Source of the DNA: Cyanophora paradoxa CCMP329
Lineage: Eukaryota; Plantae; Glaucophyta
DNA length: 64,000 nt
Direction of reading: 5' to 3'
Assembly (NCBI GenBank): GCA_004431415.1
Contig: QPMI01000048.1
Location: forward strand, 124,001-188,000
Shown here piece after piece: positions 10,355 to 22,099 of this stretch. The stretch's first letter is position 1. The number at the start of each line of letters is the position of its first letter. The notes under the pieces were generated by a model. That model searched no databases, was not told where the DNA came from, and was given only the letters and a program-made list of their open reading frames with translations. Position numbers and translations under genes: made by a program.

Positions 10355-13300
10355 CGTCCAGCTGAGCGAGCGCCGCTCGCGCCCGCCCTTAGGTCGCACG
10401 TGGCGTTCAAGGACAACCAGGAGTGCGTCGACCTCCTCGAGAAGGTGCGAGGCTGGCCAGCCGGCGCTCTTAGGAGGGAGGAGGGGGGGGGGCCGCTCTT
10501 AGCGCGAAGCAAGCTAGCGCCTGTTCTATATCCTATAAGACTGCGTCGACCTCCTTGAGAAGGTGCGAGGCTGGCCAGCGGAGGAGGGAGGGGGCCCGCT
10601 CTAGGCGGAGGGCTGGGAGGGCCCGCTCTTAGCCCGCTCTAGGCCGGGAGCGCTCGAAGCTTCCATCGTATCCTATAAGAACTAGGTCCCTATAAGAACC
10701 ATATGAGCGCGGGCGGTCGAGAGAAGCTAGCTAGCGCCCAGCAAGGCCTCCCCTCGTATCCTATAAGACCTGGGCCCGAGGTCCTTCGAGCCCCGCCCTC
10801 ACGCGCCCTCGTATCCGTCGAAGTCCTTCGAGCCGCGCCACTAGCGCCACTAGCTTAGCTTATCTCTGCCTTATCCTATAGAAACCAGGCTTATCCTGCT
10901 AGGTGCGAAGCTAGCTAGCGCCTCCCATCGTATCCTACAAGAACTAGGCCCGAAAAGCCCTTCGAGCCCCGCCCTCACGCCCTCCCCCCTCCTCCCCCTC
11001 CTCTCAGCGAGAGCCCCGCCCTCACGCGCCCTCCCCCTCCTCCCCCGCAGCGCCCGGCGGGCTTCCTCCCGCTGCTCGACGAGGAGTGCGTCTTCCCGAA
11101 GGCCACCGACCTCACCTTCGCCGCCAAGCTCGCCGGTCCGCCCCGCCCCGCCCCGCCCCCGCCCCCCCACCCCCACCCCCCCCAACCCCCCGCCCCCCCC
11201 CCTCACCCTCCCCGCCATGGGCCCGAGGCACCCCGCCCCGCCCCCCTAGAGGAAGCTAGAAGCGCGAGCAAGCCTTAGTAAGCTCGCCGGTCCGCCCCGC
11301 CCCGCCCCGCTCCGCCATGGGTCCGCCTGGCGCCCTTCCTTAGACTTTCGATTGAGCTCGTCGGTCCGCCCGCCCCGAGGCTCTCTCACCTAGGCTTGCC
11401 AGCGCTCCTAGCTTCCCCCGCTCCTCGCTCCCCGCTCACACGCCCCGGCACTCTAGCGCCCTGTCCTTATGATCTAGCTAGCGCCGGCACTCTCCCTTGA
11501 GCGTGCGATTGAGCTCGGCGCCCCCTCCTCTTACGGCAGGCTCGCACGCGGGGTCGGCGCTGCTGGAGCGTCCCCGGCTGGCGACGGGCCCCGGCGAGGC
11601 GGCGCGGCTGCTGCTCCTCCGCCACTACGCGGGGCCCGTCCTCTACGACCTCGCCGGCTTCCTCGAGAAGAACCGCGACAAGTGCGCCCCGAAAGGATTA
11701 AAGAGCTTCTAAGGTATTAAGGATATTCCAGACTTAGATTCTAGCCACCTCTGGCTTCTGCCTCTAGCTTTCGTTCGCCGCGCCGGGGGCCTCTGCTCTG
11801 ACCGGGCGCCCCGGGGGCCCTCTTCTGCTTCTTAGCTTCTAGCTTCTAGCTTCTAGCTTTTTTCTTTCTGCTGTCCGGCGCCCTCCTTCTAGCCCAGGGC
11901 TCTCGAGCTTCTAGCTTCGTTTCGTCTCTCTACCTCTCGCCGCGCCGCGGGCCTTTGACGGGGCGCCGCGGGCCTCTGACGGGGCGCCGCGGGCCTCTGA
12001 CGGGGCGCATGTCCTTTAGGGGGTTCTAGCCTCTAGCTGCTTCTGTGCTCGAGCTCCTCGATGCTGTTCAGCTTCCTGCTCTGACGGGGCGCCCCGGGGG
12101 CCAGCCTGCACCCCGACGCGGTGGCGCTGGCGCGCGCCGGCTCCTGGCCCTTCCTCGCCGCCCTCTTCGACGACAGGGTACGCGTTTCTACACGTTTTTA
12201 GTCCCCCGTCGTCGTCATCGTCGTCTCGGGGCGGGCCTTCGACGACGAACGAATTTGATCCGCCGCGCGCAGCTGCTGGCGGACGGGCCCTCGGACGTCC
12301 CCGCCACGCCCCGGGGACCCCACTCCACCACGTCCCCTTCCTCCTCCGGCCCCTCCCCCTACTCGGCCACCCCCCCCTCCGCCACGCCCCGCGCCCCCTC
12401 CTTCGGATCTTCTTCGACCGCCCAGACGCCCCTCGCCACTCCGCGGCGCGCCGGCAGCGGCGCCGGCAGCATGACCGACACCGTCGGGTCCCAGTTCAAG
12501 GCCCGCCGGGGCCCTTTCTTCTTCCCGCTTTCTTCTTTTCCTTATTTCCTGGTACCCCTCCCGCAGAACGCCCTGGCCCAGCTGATGGAGCGCCTCGCGC
12601 ACACGTCCGTACACTACGTCCGATGCATCAAGGTACCCCCTTTCTGTTTCTTCGTGTACCCCTCCGCTCCTCCAACGCCGTACCCCCGCAGCCAAATTAC
12701 GATAACCGGGCGTCGCTCTTCGTCGACGACTTCGTCGCCGCGCAGGTGCGCCCGTACCCCCCTTCCGCTTCGCCGTATCCCCGATTGATCGCCGTACCCC
12801 CTCCCTCAGCTGAGGTACTGCGGCGTGCTGGAGGCGGTGCGCGTGCAGCGGGCGGCGTACCCCACGCGCCTGGCCCACCGCGCCTTCCACGCGCGCTTCT
12901 GGGCGCTGTACCCCCGCTGCGGCCCGCCGGCGTCGCTGCGGTCGGCCCCGCCGGAGGCCGCTCGGGACGCCTGCGCGGCGCTGCTCTCAGCGGCCCTTCC
13001 CGAAGCCGGCGCCGGCGCCGGAGCCGGGGCCGGCGCGGGGCAGCCTCGCTCTCACGTCGGCCGCACCCGCGTCTTCCTCAAGCCCGGGGCGGTGCGGTCT
13101 TTCTATATACAATTCCAGATGCTTTGTAGTTTGAAGTCATCGAACCTTATGCCCCCGCCGCGCAGCTGGAGGAGCTGGAGCACGCGCTGGCGCGCCTCTC
13201 GACCCGCAGCGCCGTGCGGCTGCAGGCGGCCGCCCGCTCCTGGCTCGCCGCGCGCCGCCGCGCCGCCGCCCGGCGCGCAGCGACGGCCCTGCAGTCCGGT

Positions 13301-14945
13301 GCGGCATCCTCTCTGAGGCGCAGTGCAAGGCGCTCTGCGCTCGCTCGCTTCTTCTTCTTCGCTGACGGATGGCCCGTCTCGCTTCCCGCGCAGCGCTGCG
13401 GACCCGCCGCGCCCGCCTCGCGCTGATCCTCGCCCGCTCCGCCGCCGCCCGCATCCAGGTACCCCTCCTCACTCTCTCTCCCCCGCACGGCTCCTCCTCC
13501 TTCTTCTCATCCATTGCGCAGGCGCTGGCGCGGCGGGCGGCGGCGCGGGCGCTCCGCGGGAGGCTTCTCGTCCTCCGCGCCGCCACGCGCATCCAGGTGC
13601 CCGAAGCAGAAAGGGATAAGGGAAATTATAGGGCGACGTCAACGGATGATTTCCGAGCGTCTGAGGCTTTCTTTCTTCTAACGCAACCAACCCCCCGGGG
13701 CGCCCAGGCCTCGTACCGGGCGCTGGCGCCACGGCGGCGGTTGCTGGAGGCCCGTGCCGCCGCCACTTCCATCCAGGCCGGTGCGCCCGCGCTCGCCGGG
13801 CAACGCCAGACTGTCTCGAGAAGATGCCACCAAGCCGCCAAGCGGCCATCTAAATCTTTGAACGAGCCGCCCAAACGGCCCGCGGCCCTCCCTCCGAGGC
13901 GCTGATCGCCTCGGGGCGAAGTCTCTCCCTTCCGCCGCCAAGCCGCCGTCCAGTCTCTGAAAGACTTCGTTAAGCCGCCAAGCGGCCACCTAATCTCTCA
14001 ACGGGCCGCCGAAAACCCAAACTGAGCGGCGCCGGCTGCGCGCGCGCAGTGGCGCGGATGCGGCAGCGGCGGCGGCGCTGCCTGCGGCTCCTCGCCGAGC
14101 TCCGCTCCCACGGCCTCGTTGAGGTCCGATCCCGCCCCCGCTTTCCCCAGTCTCGGCTCTGTCTAGGATTATCTAGAATCCCATTAGGAGCCTTCTCGCC
14201 GCTTGGAGTTTCCCCCTTGTGACGGACGCTTTCCACATCTAAGATCCCAGAAGGCGTCGAATCCTAACTTCAACTTTAAGCGTGGGGCCTTTAATTCCTA
14301 TTCGGGACCCACCGCCTTCCCTCCGCGTGGAGTGTCCCCTTCGTGACGGGCCGCGGGGCGGTCCCGGCTCTGCTCTGCCTAGGATCCCTTTAGCCCCTCA
14401 GGAGCCTTCTTGTCGCTTGGAGCTTCCCCTTCACCGCTTGAAATTTCCGCCGCCTGGAGTTTCCCCTTTGTTGTTTGTAACGGGCCGCGGGGCGGGCGGC
14501 AGGCGGCGACGCGGGAGCTCCGGGACCGCCTCGCCGAGCGGGAGGCGGAGGCCGAGCGGCTGCGGGCGGCGCTGGCGGCCGCGCAGCAGGATGCCGCGCG
14601 GTCCGCCCGGCCGGCGCCGCAGGCGGAGGTGGTAAAGGTCGAAGAGGATCGGGAGCGGCGGGCGGCCGCCGAGGCATCAGCTGCGGCGGCGGCGGCGGCG
14701 GCGGCTTCGGCGGCGGCGGTTGCGCAGAAGGCGGCGGAGGCAGCCGCTTCCTTCCTACCTTCCTTTCGCGCGGCGCTCCTGACTCGGGGGCGGGGGCGGG
14801 GCCCGCAGACTCGGACGCAGGAGCTCGAGCGGCGGCTCCAAGCCGAGGTGCGCCGCGCCGGCTTGTAATTAAGATGTTCTAAGAAGCTTGCAGGCATAAG
14901 CCTATTCAGCTTGTACTTAAGATGTTAAGAAGCTTAGACGCGGCG

Positions 14946-14991
<46 letters not shown>

Positions 14992-16830
14992 CCTCGTTTG
15001 ATTCGCGGCAGGCGGCGGCGCGGGCGGCGGCCGAAAAGGAGGTGGAGGCGCAGCGCCGCATCGCCGCCGAGGTGCGACCCGCCTCTGCCCAACGTTTCTT
15101 AGCGGCGGAGAGAACCTGCGTGCCTTAAGGGCCTTTCACATCGTACGACTCCACCGTAAAACACCTAAGGAATTATGGCTATTAATGCGGCGTTTTGGTC
15201 CCGGGCGCCCTTATGCAAATTAAAGCGTTTTGATAAAGAACGGACGGCTCGGCGTGGCCTGCCTCCTTGCGGCCGCGACCTGACGTGCGGGGGGCCGGCC
15301 CCGGCCCCGGCAGGCGGCGGCGGCGGACGGGGAGCTGCGGCGGCGCCTGGCGGAGCGGGACGCGGAGGCGGAGGCGCTCCGGGCCGCCCTCCAGGCCGCC
15401 CTCCGCGGCGATGCCGACGCCGACGCCGAGCGCGGGGCGGTGCGACGCTTCTCTCTGCTCTCCTTCTCCTTTGCTTACAATTCTTTCTCCCAGGAGGGAC
15501 CCGAGTCCCCGTCCCCGGCTTCGCCCGCGGTGCGGCGGGCTTGGTTTTGGTGCTAGGGCATGGAGCTCCGGTCGCTGACGGGCCGCTCGCTCGCAGGCGG
15601 CGGCGGTGGCGGCGGCGACGGCGGTGCGCGCGGCGGCGGCGGCGGTGCTCCCTCGCCCGACGCGGCGGCGGCGGTGGCGGCGGCGGCGGCGAAGGCGGCG
15701 GCGGAGGCGGCGGCGGCAGAGGCGGAGGAGCGGCTGCGGCGCGGCGAGGAGGAGCTGCGCGCCCGCAACGCCCTCCTCGACGCCCAGGTGATCTCCGCTC
15801 CTCACCGCCCCGATCGCTCAGTCTAGAGCCCTAGCCGTCTGCCTAGGACGCCTCCATACACCGCGGCCGCCGGCATCCTCTCTCCTCGGCGGAGCAGCGG
15901 CCGACGTCCGATTTCCTCCGCGCCCCCCACATTCCACGCCTAGCCTAGCCTAGTACGCCTCTACAATCTCCTACGCGCTCCGCCGGCGCCGACGTCGTCC
16001 TCCACCTCTTACAGCTAGGACGCCGCTCCCCGCATTCCTCGCCGGCGCCGACGTCTTTCGCTCTCGGGCAGGCTCAGTCTAGAGCCCTAGCCGTCGCTCA
16101 GTCTAGAGCCCTAGCTGTCTGTCTCCTAGGAAGGACGCGGCTGACGCCCGCCTCTCCCGGGGCGCCAGGCGGTGGCGGCGCAGGGGCTGCTGCACAAGCT
16201 GGAGGCGGCCGTGGAGGCGGCGGCGGAGCGCGAGCGCCGCGCCGAGGAGCAGCGCCGCGCCACCGACGCCGAGTCCGCCGCCCTCCGCGCACGGCAAGTC
16301 CGGTCCTCTAGGATGCACGCCACATAAGAGGATTTTATGCCGGATGCTAGAAGAGGATCTACACAATATGTTATTAGAGGGTCTAAAGCGCCTAAAGCTA
16401 GCGCCACTGGCGCGCCCTCGAGGCCGAGGCTGCCGCCCTCCGCGCCCGGTCCGCCTCGCTTCCTTAGAAGTAGTCTATAGGCTCTTGATCTAAGATCTCA
16501 TTTATCGGCCCGTTCGTGGTCTTATAGGCTCTTGGTCCTATAAAAACTCCTCGGCCCCCGCTCACGCCGCCCGCCCGCCCCCCGCAGGCTGGTGGCGTCG
16601 GAGAAGGAGGCCGAGGCGCTGCGCCTGCGCGGCGCCGCCGGGCCGCCCCTGCCCCCCAGCGCCGGCGCCCAGGTCCCCGCCCCGCCCCGCCCCGCCCCGC
16701 CCTGCCTCGCCCCGCCCTGTACCCCCCGTCCCGCTCCGCGGCCCCCGCCCCGGGCCAGGCCGCCCCGCCCAAGCCGCGCTGTCTTTTCGCGCGACCCTAG
16801 TTTTCCTATCTGCCCATCTATCTATCTATC

Positions 16831-16864
<34 letters not shown>

Positions 16865-17853
16865 TTCTCCGCCCCGCCCCGCCCCCGCCCCTCCCCGCCC
16901 CGTCTCGCCCCGCGGCCCCCGCCCCAGGCCAGGCCGCCCCGCCCAAGCCGCGCTGTCTTTTTGCGCGGGCCTAGTTTTCCTATCTGTCTATCTATTCCTC
17001 TCTAGGGGGTGTACATTCTTCATCTGCGGATATTGATGTTCATCTGTAGGCGGGTTTTAAATTCCTCTGACCTCGCTTGTCCGGCAGGACGTGGAGTCGC
17101 TGCTGTCGCACCTCGCGGCGCTCGCGGCGGCCGCGGCCGGCGCCGCGGCCGGCGGCGGTGGAGACGAGGCGGGCGCCCAGACCAGGTGCACCAGTCCCCC
17201 CCTCGCCCCCTCCCCCTCCCCCCCTGCTAAGGCACGCCGAGCCACGCGGATCCCCCGCTAGCCTCGCCATGTCCCGCCTCGCCCGCTGAGCGCGGCCGGC
17301 GCAGCGAGGAGGCGGGGGCGGGGGCGGCGCTGACGACGACGACGACGACCACGACGACCGAGGTCAAGATACAGGCCAACGTGCGCCCTCCGGCGAGCCA
17401 AAGCCTAGGCTTAGTTAAACAGAGAGCCAACGTGCGCCTTCCTAGCTAAAGCCCGCCCTCCCGGGGCCGAGGGCTATTAACATCTAGATTCAGGGAGCTA
17501 AGATAGCTATGAACTATTAACTATTTTGGTAGCTATTAACATCTGAGATTCAGGGAGCTAACATCCAGGCCAACGTGCGCCCGCCCTTCTGGGGCCCCCC
17601 GGGGCCGGCGAGCCAAAGCCTAGGCTTAGTTAGCTCGATAAAGAGCTGCGACTGGGAGCTCACCGCCCCCCGGAGGGCAGCCGAGGGCTGGATGCAAGAA
17701 TAGAGGGCCGCGGCCCAGCGCTCACCGCCGCCCCTCTCCCGCCGGCGCAGAGCCGGAGCCAGACGCAGCGCGCGGCGGCCGGCGGCGCCGTCGCCGCCCG
17801 CCTCGCCAGCATCGCCCGCCAGGCGCGCCCCCCCCCCCCCCCCCCCCCCCCCC

Positions 17854-17903
<50 letters not shown>

Positions 17904-20352
17904 TCCCCCCCCCCCTTACCCCCTTACCCCCCCCCCCCCCCCTTCCCCCGACTTAAGCGTAACCAAAGAGCTGGGGCCACTCCTTACGCCGCCGCGCAGC
18001 TGGAGGCGCTGCAGGCGTCGTGCAAGGCGGGGGTGCCCCCGCCGCCCTCGCCCTCCCGCCCGCCCAAGCCCGCCAACTACGACGAGGCCTTTGCGTCCAA
18101 GTCTGCTCCGCCGGCAAAGTCCGCCGAGCCGGCGGCTGAGCCGGCCGCTCGGGACGCGGCGCCGGTCGCGAGGCTGTTCGAGGCGCCGGCGGCCGCAAAG
18201 GAGGACGGGCCGGCGGCCGGAGCCGAGCCAGCCCCCGGCCCCGTCCCCGCCTCGCCTGCCGTGGACTCCCCCGCCTCTCCAGCCGCGCCCGCCGAGCGGC
18301 GGACGCCTGTGGAGGGGCCCCAGACCGTCGAGCGGCAGGGCAAGGGCAAGGGGGCGCGGCCCGACCCCGGGGCGACCCCCGCGCGGCCCGCCCACTCCGC
18401 GGAGAAGCCGCCGCGGCCGCAACGGGCGGAACGGGCGGAGCGGGCGGAGCGGGCGGCGGCGGCGGAGGGCGCAGAGCAGCAACAGCAGCCGCAGCCGCGC
18501 GCGTCGACCCCTCAGGAGGACTTGAATCCTCAGGCGTCCCCATCCCCTGCTTCCGAAAAAGAGGAAAAGGCGCACGCGGCGCCGGAGCAGCCGCCGCGGC
18601 AGCCTTCTCCCACTCCCACTCCCGCCTCGTCCGCAGCGGAGCCGCAGCCGTCCCCCTCCGCCCCCGCAGAGCAGCGGCAGCGGAAGGCAGACGGCGAAAC
18701 GGCAGCGGAGGGCGCGGAGCGAACGGCGGCGGAGGAGGAGAGGCCGCCGCGGGCATCCCCCCCGAAGGCCTCGCCGGCGGGGGCGGGGGCGGAGAAGGCG
18801 GCCCCGTCTTCCTCCTCGTCGCCCGTGCCGCGCCTCGCGATGGCGCGTGTCGCCGAGCAGCGCCGCCGCGACGCCGCCGCCGCCGAGGTGCTCGCGCTTC
18901 GCGCCTCGAGGTCAAAAGATAGAAGGCCGCCGCTCCGCCCAGGAGCCCGCCTCGCGCTACGCGTCCTCAGTGACCGCCACCCCCCTAAGGCCCTCAACCC
19001 TTATCTCCGCAGCGCCGCCGGGTTGCCGCCGGGTCAAAAGATAGAAGGCCGCCTTGAATGCTGTCTCACGCCGCAGCGAGCGCAGGAAGAGGAGGGCGGG
19101 ACCCCCGCGGCGAGGCACCCCGTCCACGCCCTGCGGGAGTCCCCCGCCGGGGACGCGATTGCATCCGCCGGCTCGCCGCCCGCGGCGGCGCGCCTCACCC
19201 CTCGGGGGGCCCTCGTCTCGCCCCGGGTGGCCGTCCTGCAGGCGCGCCCCCGCCCCCGCCCCCGCCCTCCGCTTCTACGGCCCGCCGGTCGAGTTCTGAC
19301 GGGCGGCGGCCGCAGGAGCGCAAGCGACAGCGGCAGCTCACGGGCCGCCGGAGCGCCCGCGAGATCATGAAGGAATTCGGATACCCCCGCACCGACTCCG
19401 TCGTGCTCCAGGCGCGCGCCGTACCCCTCCCGCCCCCCTCCCGCTCCCCCCCCCCTGATTCCCTTCCAGGCCACGGTGCTGCGGGCGTACCCCACCGAGA
19501 GCGAGCTCCTCTCGTTCGGGTCGTACCTCGGCGTCAACCTGAACAAGTACGCTGTACCCCGCACCCCCCCCCCCTCCCCCCTCCCACCTTGTTGCTCACG
19601 TCGCCCCACCAGGGAGCCGCACATGCGCTGGCTCGTCCGAGAGTCGTTCCGAGCGCCGCTGCCGGGTCTGCCCTCCCCCGCCCGCCCCCCGGCCCGCGCC
19701 GCGTCGCCCCCCGCTCCTCCTCCGCCGAGCGCCGCCGCAGAGGGCTGGACCGAGCACCAGCTCGCGGACGAGTCCGGCGGCGCCGGCGGCTCCGCAGGCC
19801 TAGTCTACTTCCACCACGGCCCCACCAAGACCTCCACTTGGTGCGTAGAAGCTAATCTTATCCTTATTTATTATGTTTCGAGCTCACTTTGTACGGCAGG
19901 ACGCACCCGCTGGACCCGCTGTACCGGCAGTACGCGCAGCGCCTGCGGGAGTCGCGCCCCCCCGGCGGCTTCCCGTGGGAGAGCCCGCGCGACGGCGCCG
20001 GCGCCGGCGGGGCGCCCCTCGCGACGCCCTCGCCGGCCGCGCGGCCCCCGCGGCGAGGGCCCCGCCCGCCCCGACCCCCGCCGCCCGCCCCGTCCCCGCC
20101 ACGTCCCCTGCCGCCGCTGCGGCGGCCGCGTCGGCCGCCCCCGCCTCCTCCTCGCCCCTCCCGCAGCGGTCCCCGCCGGAGCCCGCCACGCCCGCGACGC
20201 CCGCCACGCCCCCGTCGGCCCTGCCCCTTGTAGGCGCAGGCGTCGGCCTCGTGGCGACGCCGGCGGACGACGGCGGCTGGGAGGCCGCCGCGGCGGAGGA
20301 GGAGGAGGACGGCGGGTTCGCCACCGCCAGCGAGGCCCCCGCGCGCGAGTAG
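7197..20352 (+). CDS. Myosin heavy chain: N-terminal SH3-like domain, motor, ~5 IQ motifs, coiled coil, Pro/Ala-rich region, C-terminal CEP164-type WW module (roughly 40 exons)
   Basis: MEVPAVE|[19 protein letters not shown] (SH3-like); [24 protein letters not shown]-loop GESGAGKTE (~7990); [21 protein letters not shown] (switch I); YLLEKSRV; ILDIFGFE (switch II); [16 protein letters not shown]; [16 protein letters not shown]; YVRCIK|PN; [11 protein letters not shown]; [12 protein letters not shown] motifs at 13200-14080, coiled-coil exons at 14500-16630, WW at 19470-19945. The last exon probably carries a frameshift near 20040. Confidence 0.9.
10445..11050 (+). repeat. Expanded myosin intron built from local duplications
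   Basis: A copy of the exon/donor junction TGCGTCGACCTCC(C/T)TGAGAAG|GTGCGAGGCTGGCCAGC lies at ~10542. ATCCTATAAGA-like units recur at ~10530, 10670, 10689, 10758, 10873 and 10932. GAGCCCCGCCCTCACGC occurs three times. Confidence 0.75.
15816..16120 (+). repeat. Three copies of GCTCAGTCTAGAGCCCTAGC in a myosin intron
   Basis: Copies at 15816, 16072 and 16096. Confidence 0.85.
16725..16990 (+). repeat. ~90-bp intronic direct duplication flanking a (TCTA)n microsatellite
   Basis: Copies at ~16725-16812 and ~16897-16987 (..GGCCAGGCCGCCCCGCCCAAGCCGCGCTGTCTTTT..CCTAGTTTTCCTATCTG). (TCTA)n runs 16816-16864. Confidence 0.85.
17828..17900 (+). repeat. Poly-C run followed by (AC)n microsatellite in myosin intron
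   Basis: C-run at 17828-17854 and about 22 AC units at 17857-17900. Confidence 0.95.
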
Positions 20353-20619
20353 CTATAGAAATGTGTGCATGCACTTCCTACTGATTTGCGCTAATGATAC
20401 AAATCAAATCGCTCGATCTATCGTTCCTCGCTATAAGAGACGCGCGATCTAATTCGATCTAATCTACAACGCGTCTGGGAACGGGGCGTACGCCTCGTTG
20501 ACGAGAGCTCTGCTGGGATAATACGTGTCGTTCCAACTAGGCGACCAAGCGCGCCCTGCATCGGAGTGTGCGGGTAATAAGCTGATCGTGCGGGCTTTTT
20601 TTTGAATTAACGCAGCCTC

Positions 20620-22020
20620 TTACGCACGGGATAGAACGAGCGATATGTCGTCTGCATAGCCATTATACCATGGTGTCGCTCCTGCGAATTAATGTTGTAT
20701 AAAAAAATTGATCGATCGGTCTATATCTGTGCCAAATAAACGCACTGCTTTGCCCGTCCCTGAAGACAAGGATGACTCGAATCCGCCGCGTGCCAGAGGG
20801 GACATTCACAGTCTTCGTGTACTTCTGAAAGAACTTTTGAGATGTTGTTGACCTCCCGTTAATAGGGTGCTCAACCGTTCCTCTGTTGTCCTCGCAATAA
20901 TTCCACCAGGTATTTGTCGAAGTGTATACCGCATCGAACGACCAGCCATCGGTGCAGCGGTCCCTTAACTTGAAGCTTCCAAGGCTTGCGCTAGGGCTGG
21001 AGAACTCGTCCCCGGATCCGTCCGCGGGAAGGAAGTAGCCATCGATTTCGGCGTGCTCCCACTGGATCGGCGCTTCAGTCAGTGACCTGCTTTTAGGGCC
21101 AGCTGCAGCCGCAGAAACCGGCCGCGAACCCCATGATCCGTATCTTGTCTGTCTGCGCCGTCGTTGAACGCTCTCCGCCCGAACCAAGCCGAGACCGTTG
21201 CTTGCAGCATATTCGCATCTGAAAATAGCAAGGAAAATGCTCATTTTTCAAATTGAAATAGAAAGCCTCTGTGTTGACAGTTTTATATTCAATAATTACC
21301 AATCGCATCGTGCAGCAGGTTGCTTAACACCAAGGTTTGATGCGAAAGCACGGGTGCGTCGCCATTCCACTGCGTAACCCATGCCAGAGCCATCAAATTA
21401 AACGGACGTAACAGCCGAATTCGAATATGCGGGCCGAGCGCACCACGCCTTGATCGCAGCCGCCCATATAGAACATTTTGTTGGAATTCTTGCAGCACCA
21501 ATCGCATTGGTTCGCATAGCCAGCGCTGGCGCCGGTCTCCCATTTGCAATCTCTGACGGCGAAGTTCGCCTTCACGGTTGTGCTAGCGCTTCCACCATAC
21601 TGGTACCATGCATCCGATAGCGCAGATATCGGATCGCAATACATTGAATTTGTGTTCGTCGATTTACCGATGATACTCTCAGTTCCGCCGCCACCGTCCA
21701 CAACCAGGTTGACGTTCAGGTACTGCTGCAAAGAATCCTCTGCGGCGGACTTTGTGTGAGAACAAGTACTGCAGCTGATCATGAATTGCTTCTCGAGCTC
21801 GTCACACAGCGCTCTAGTGCATATGGCTTCTCGAGCTAGTCACATGGCGCCCGGCTCTCTATATAGCTAGTGCATATATATATGTGCTACTATATATGTA
21901 CACGGCTCATGCATATGAACCTGGAGAGAGCGTCTGGACCTTCACGCAGGTAGAGATAAGGAGCAGAACATGCAATGTGGCTCCAGCGCTAGGGAACCGG
22001 ATCCTTCTATCTGTCGCCAT
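20620..22020 (-). CDS. Secreted protein with a galactose-binding-like (CBM/FBA-type jelly-roll) domain, 6 exons
   Basis: Phase-consistent splicing gives MATDRRIRFPSAGATLHVLLLISTCVKVQTLSP|EDSLQQYLNVNLVVDGGGGTE..GGCDQGV|WNGDAPVLSHQTLVLSNLLHDAI|DANMLQATVSAWFGRR..HG|WEHAEIDGYFLPADGSG..KTVNVPSGTRRIRVILVFRDGQS|RATPWYNGYADDISLVLSRA*. It has a signal-peptide-like N-terminus and the motif series NLxx(N/D)GG..E / Q.V.L...ID / SAW.G / VPxGTRxIxVxL / Y.DxxSL. Confidence 0.7.
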
Positions 22021-22099
22021 TTGCACAGATCTTGACCGCTCCTCGGCTTGCGAGACTGCCGCCAAGCTTATATAACTGCGGCTGCAACTGCAGCGTCAA

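Noticed and set aside
10520-10950. Repeated ATCCTATAAGA units with variable spacers, superficially CRISPR-like
   Set aside because: Units are short, degenerate and irregularly spaced, lie in a spliceosomal intron, have spacers that are themselves duplicated, and no cas genes are present.
19960-20352. Apparent frame switch in the last myosin exon as programmed frameshifting
   Set aside because: It lies in G/C homopolymer-rich sequence where sequencing indels are likely; no slippery heptamer seen.
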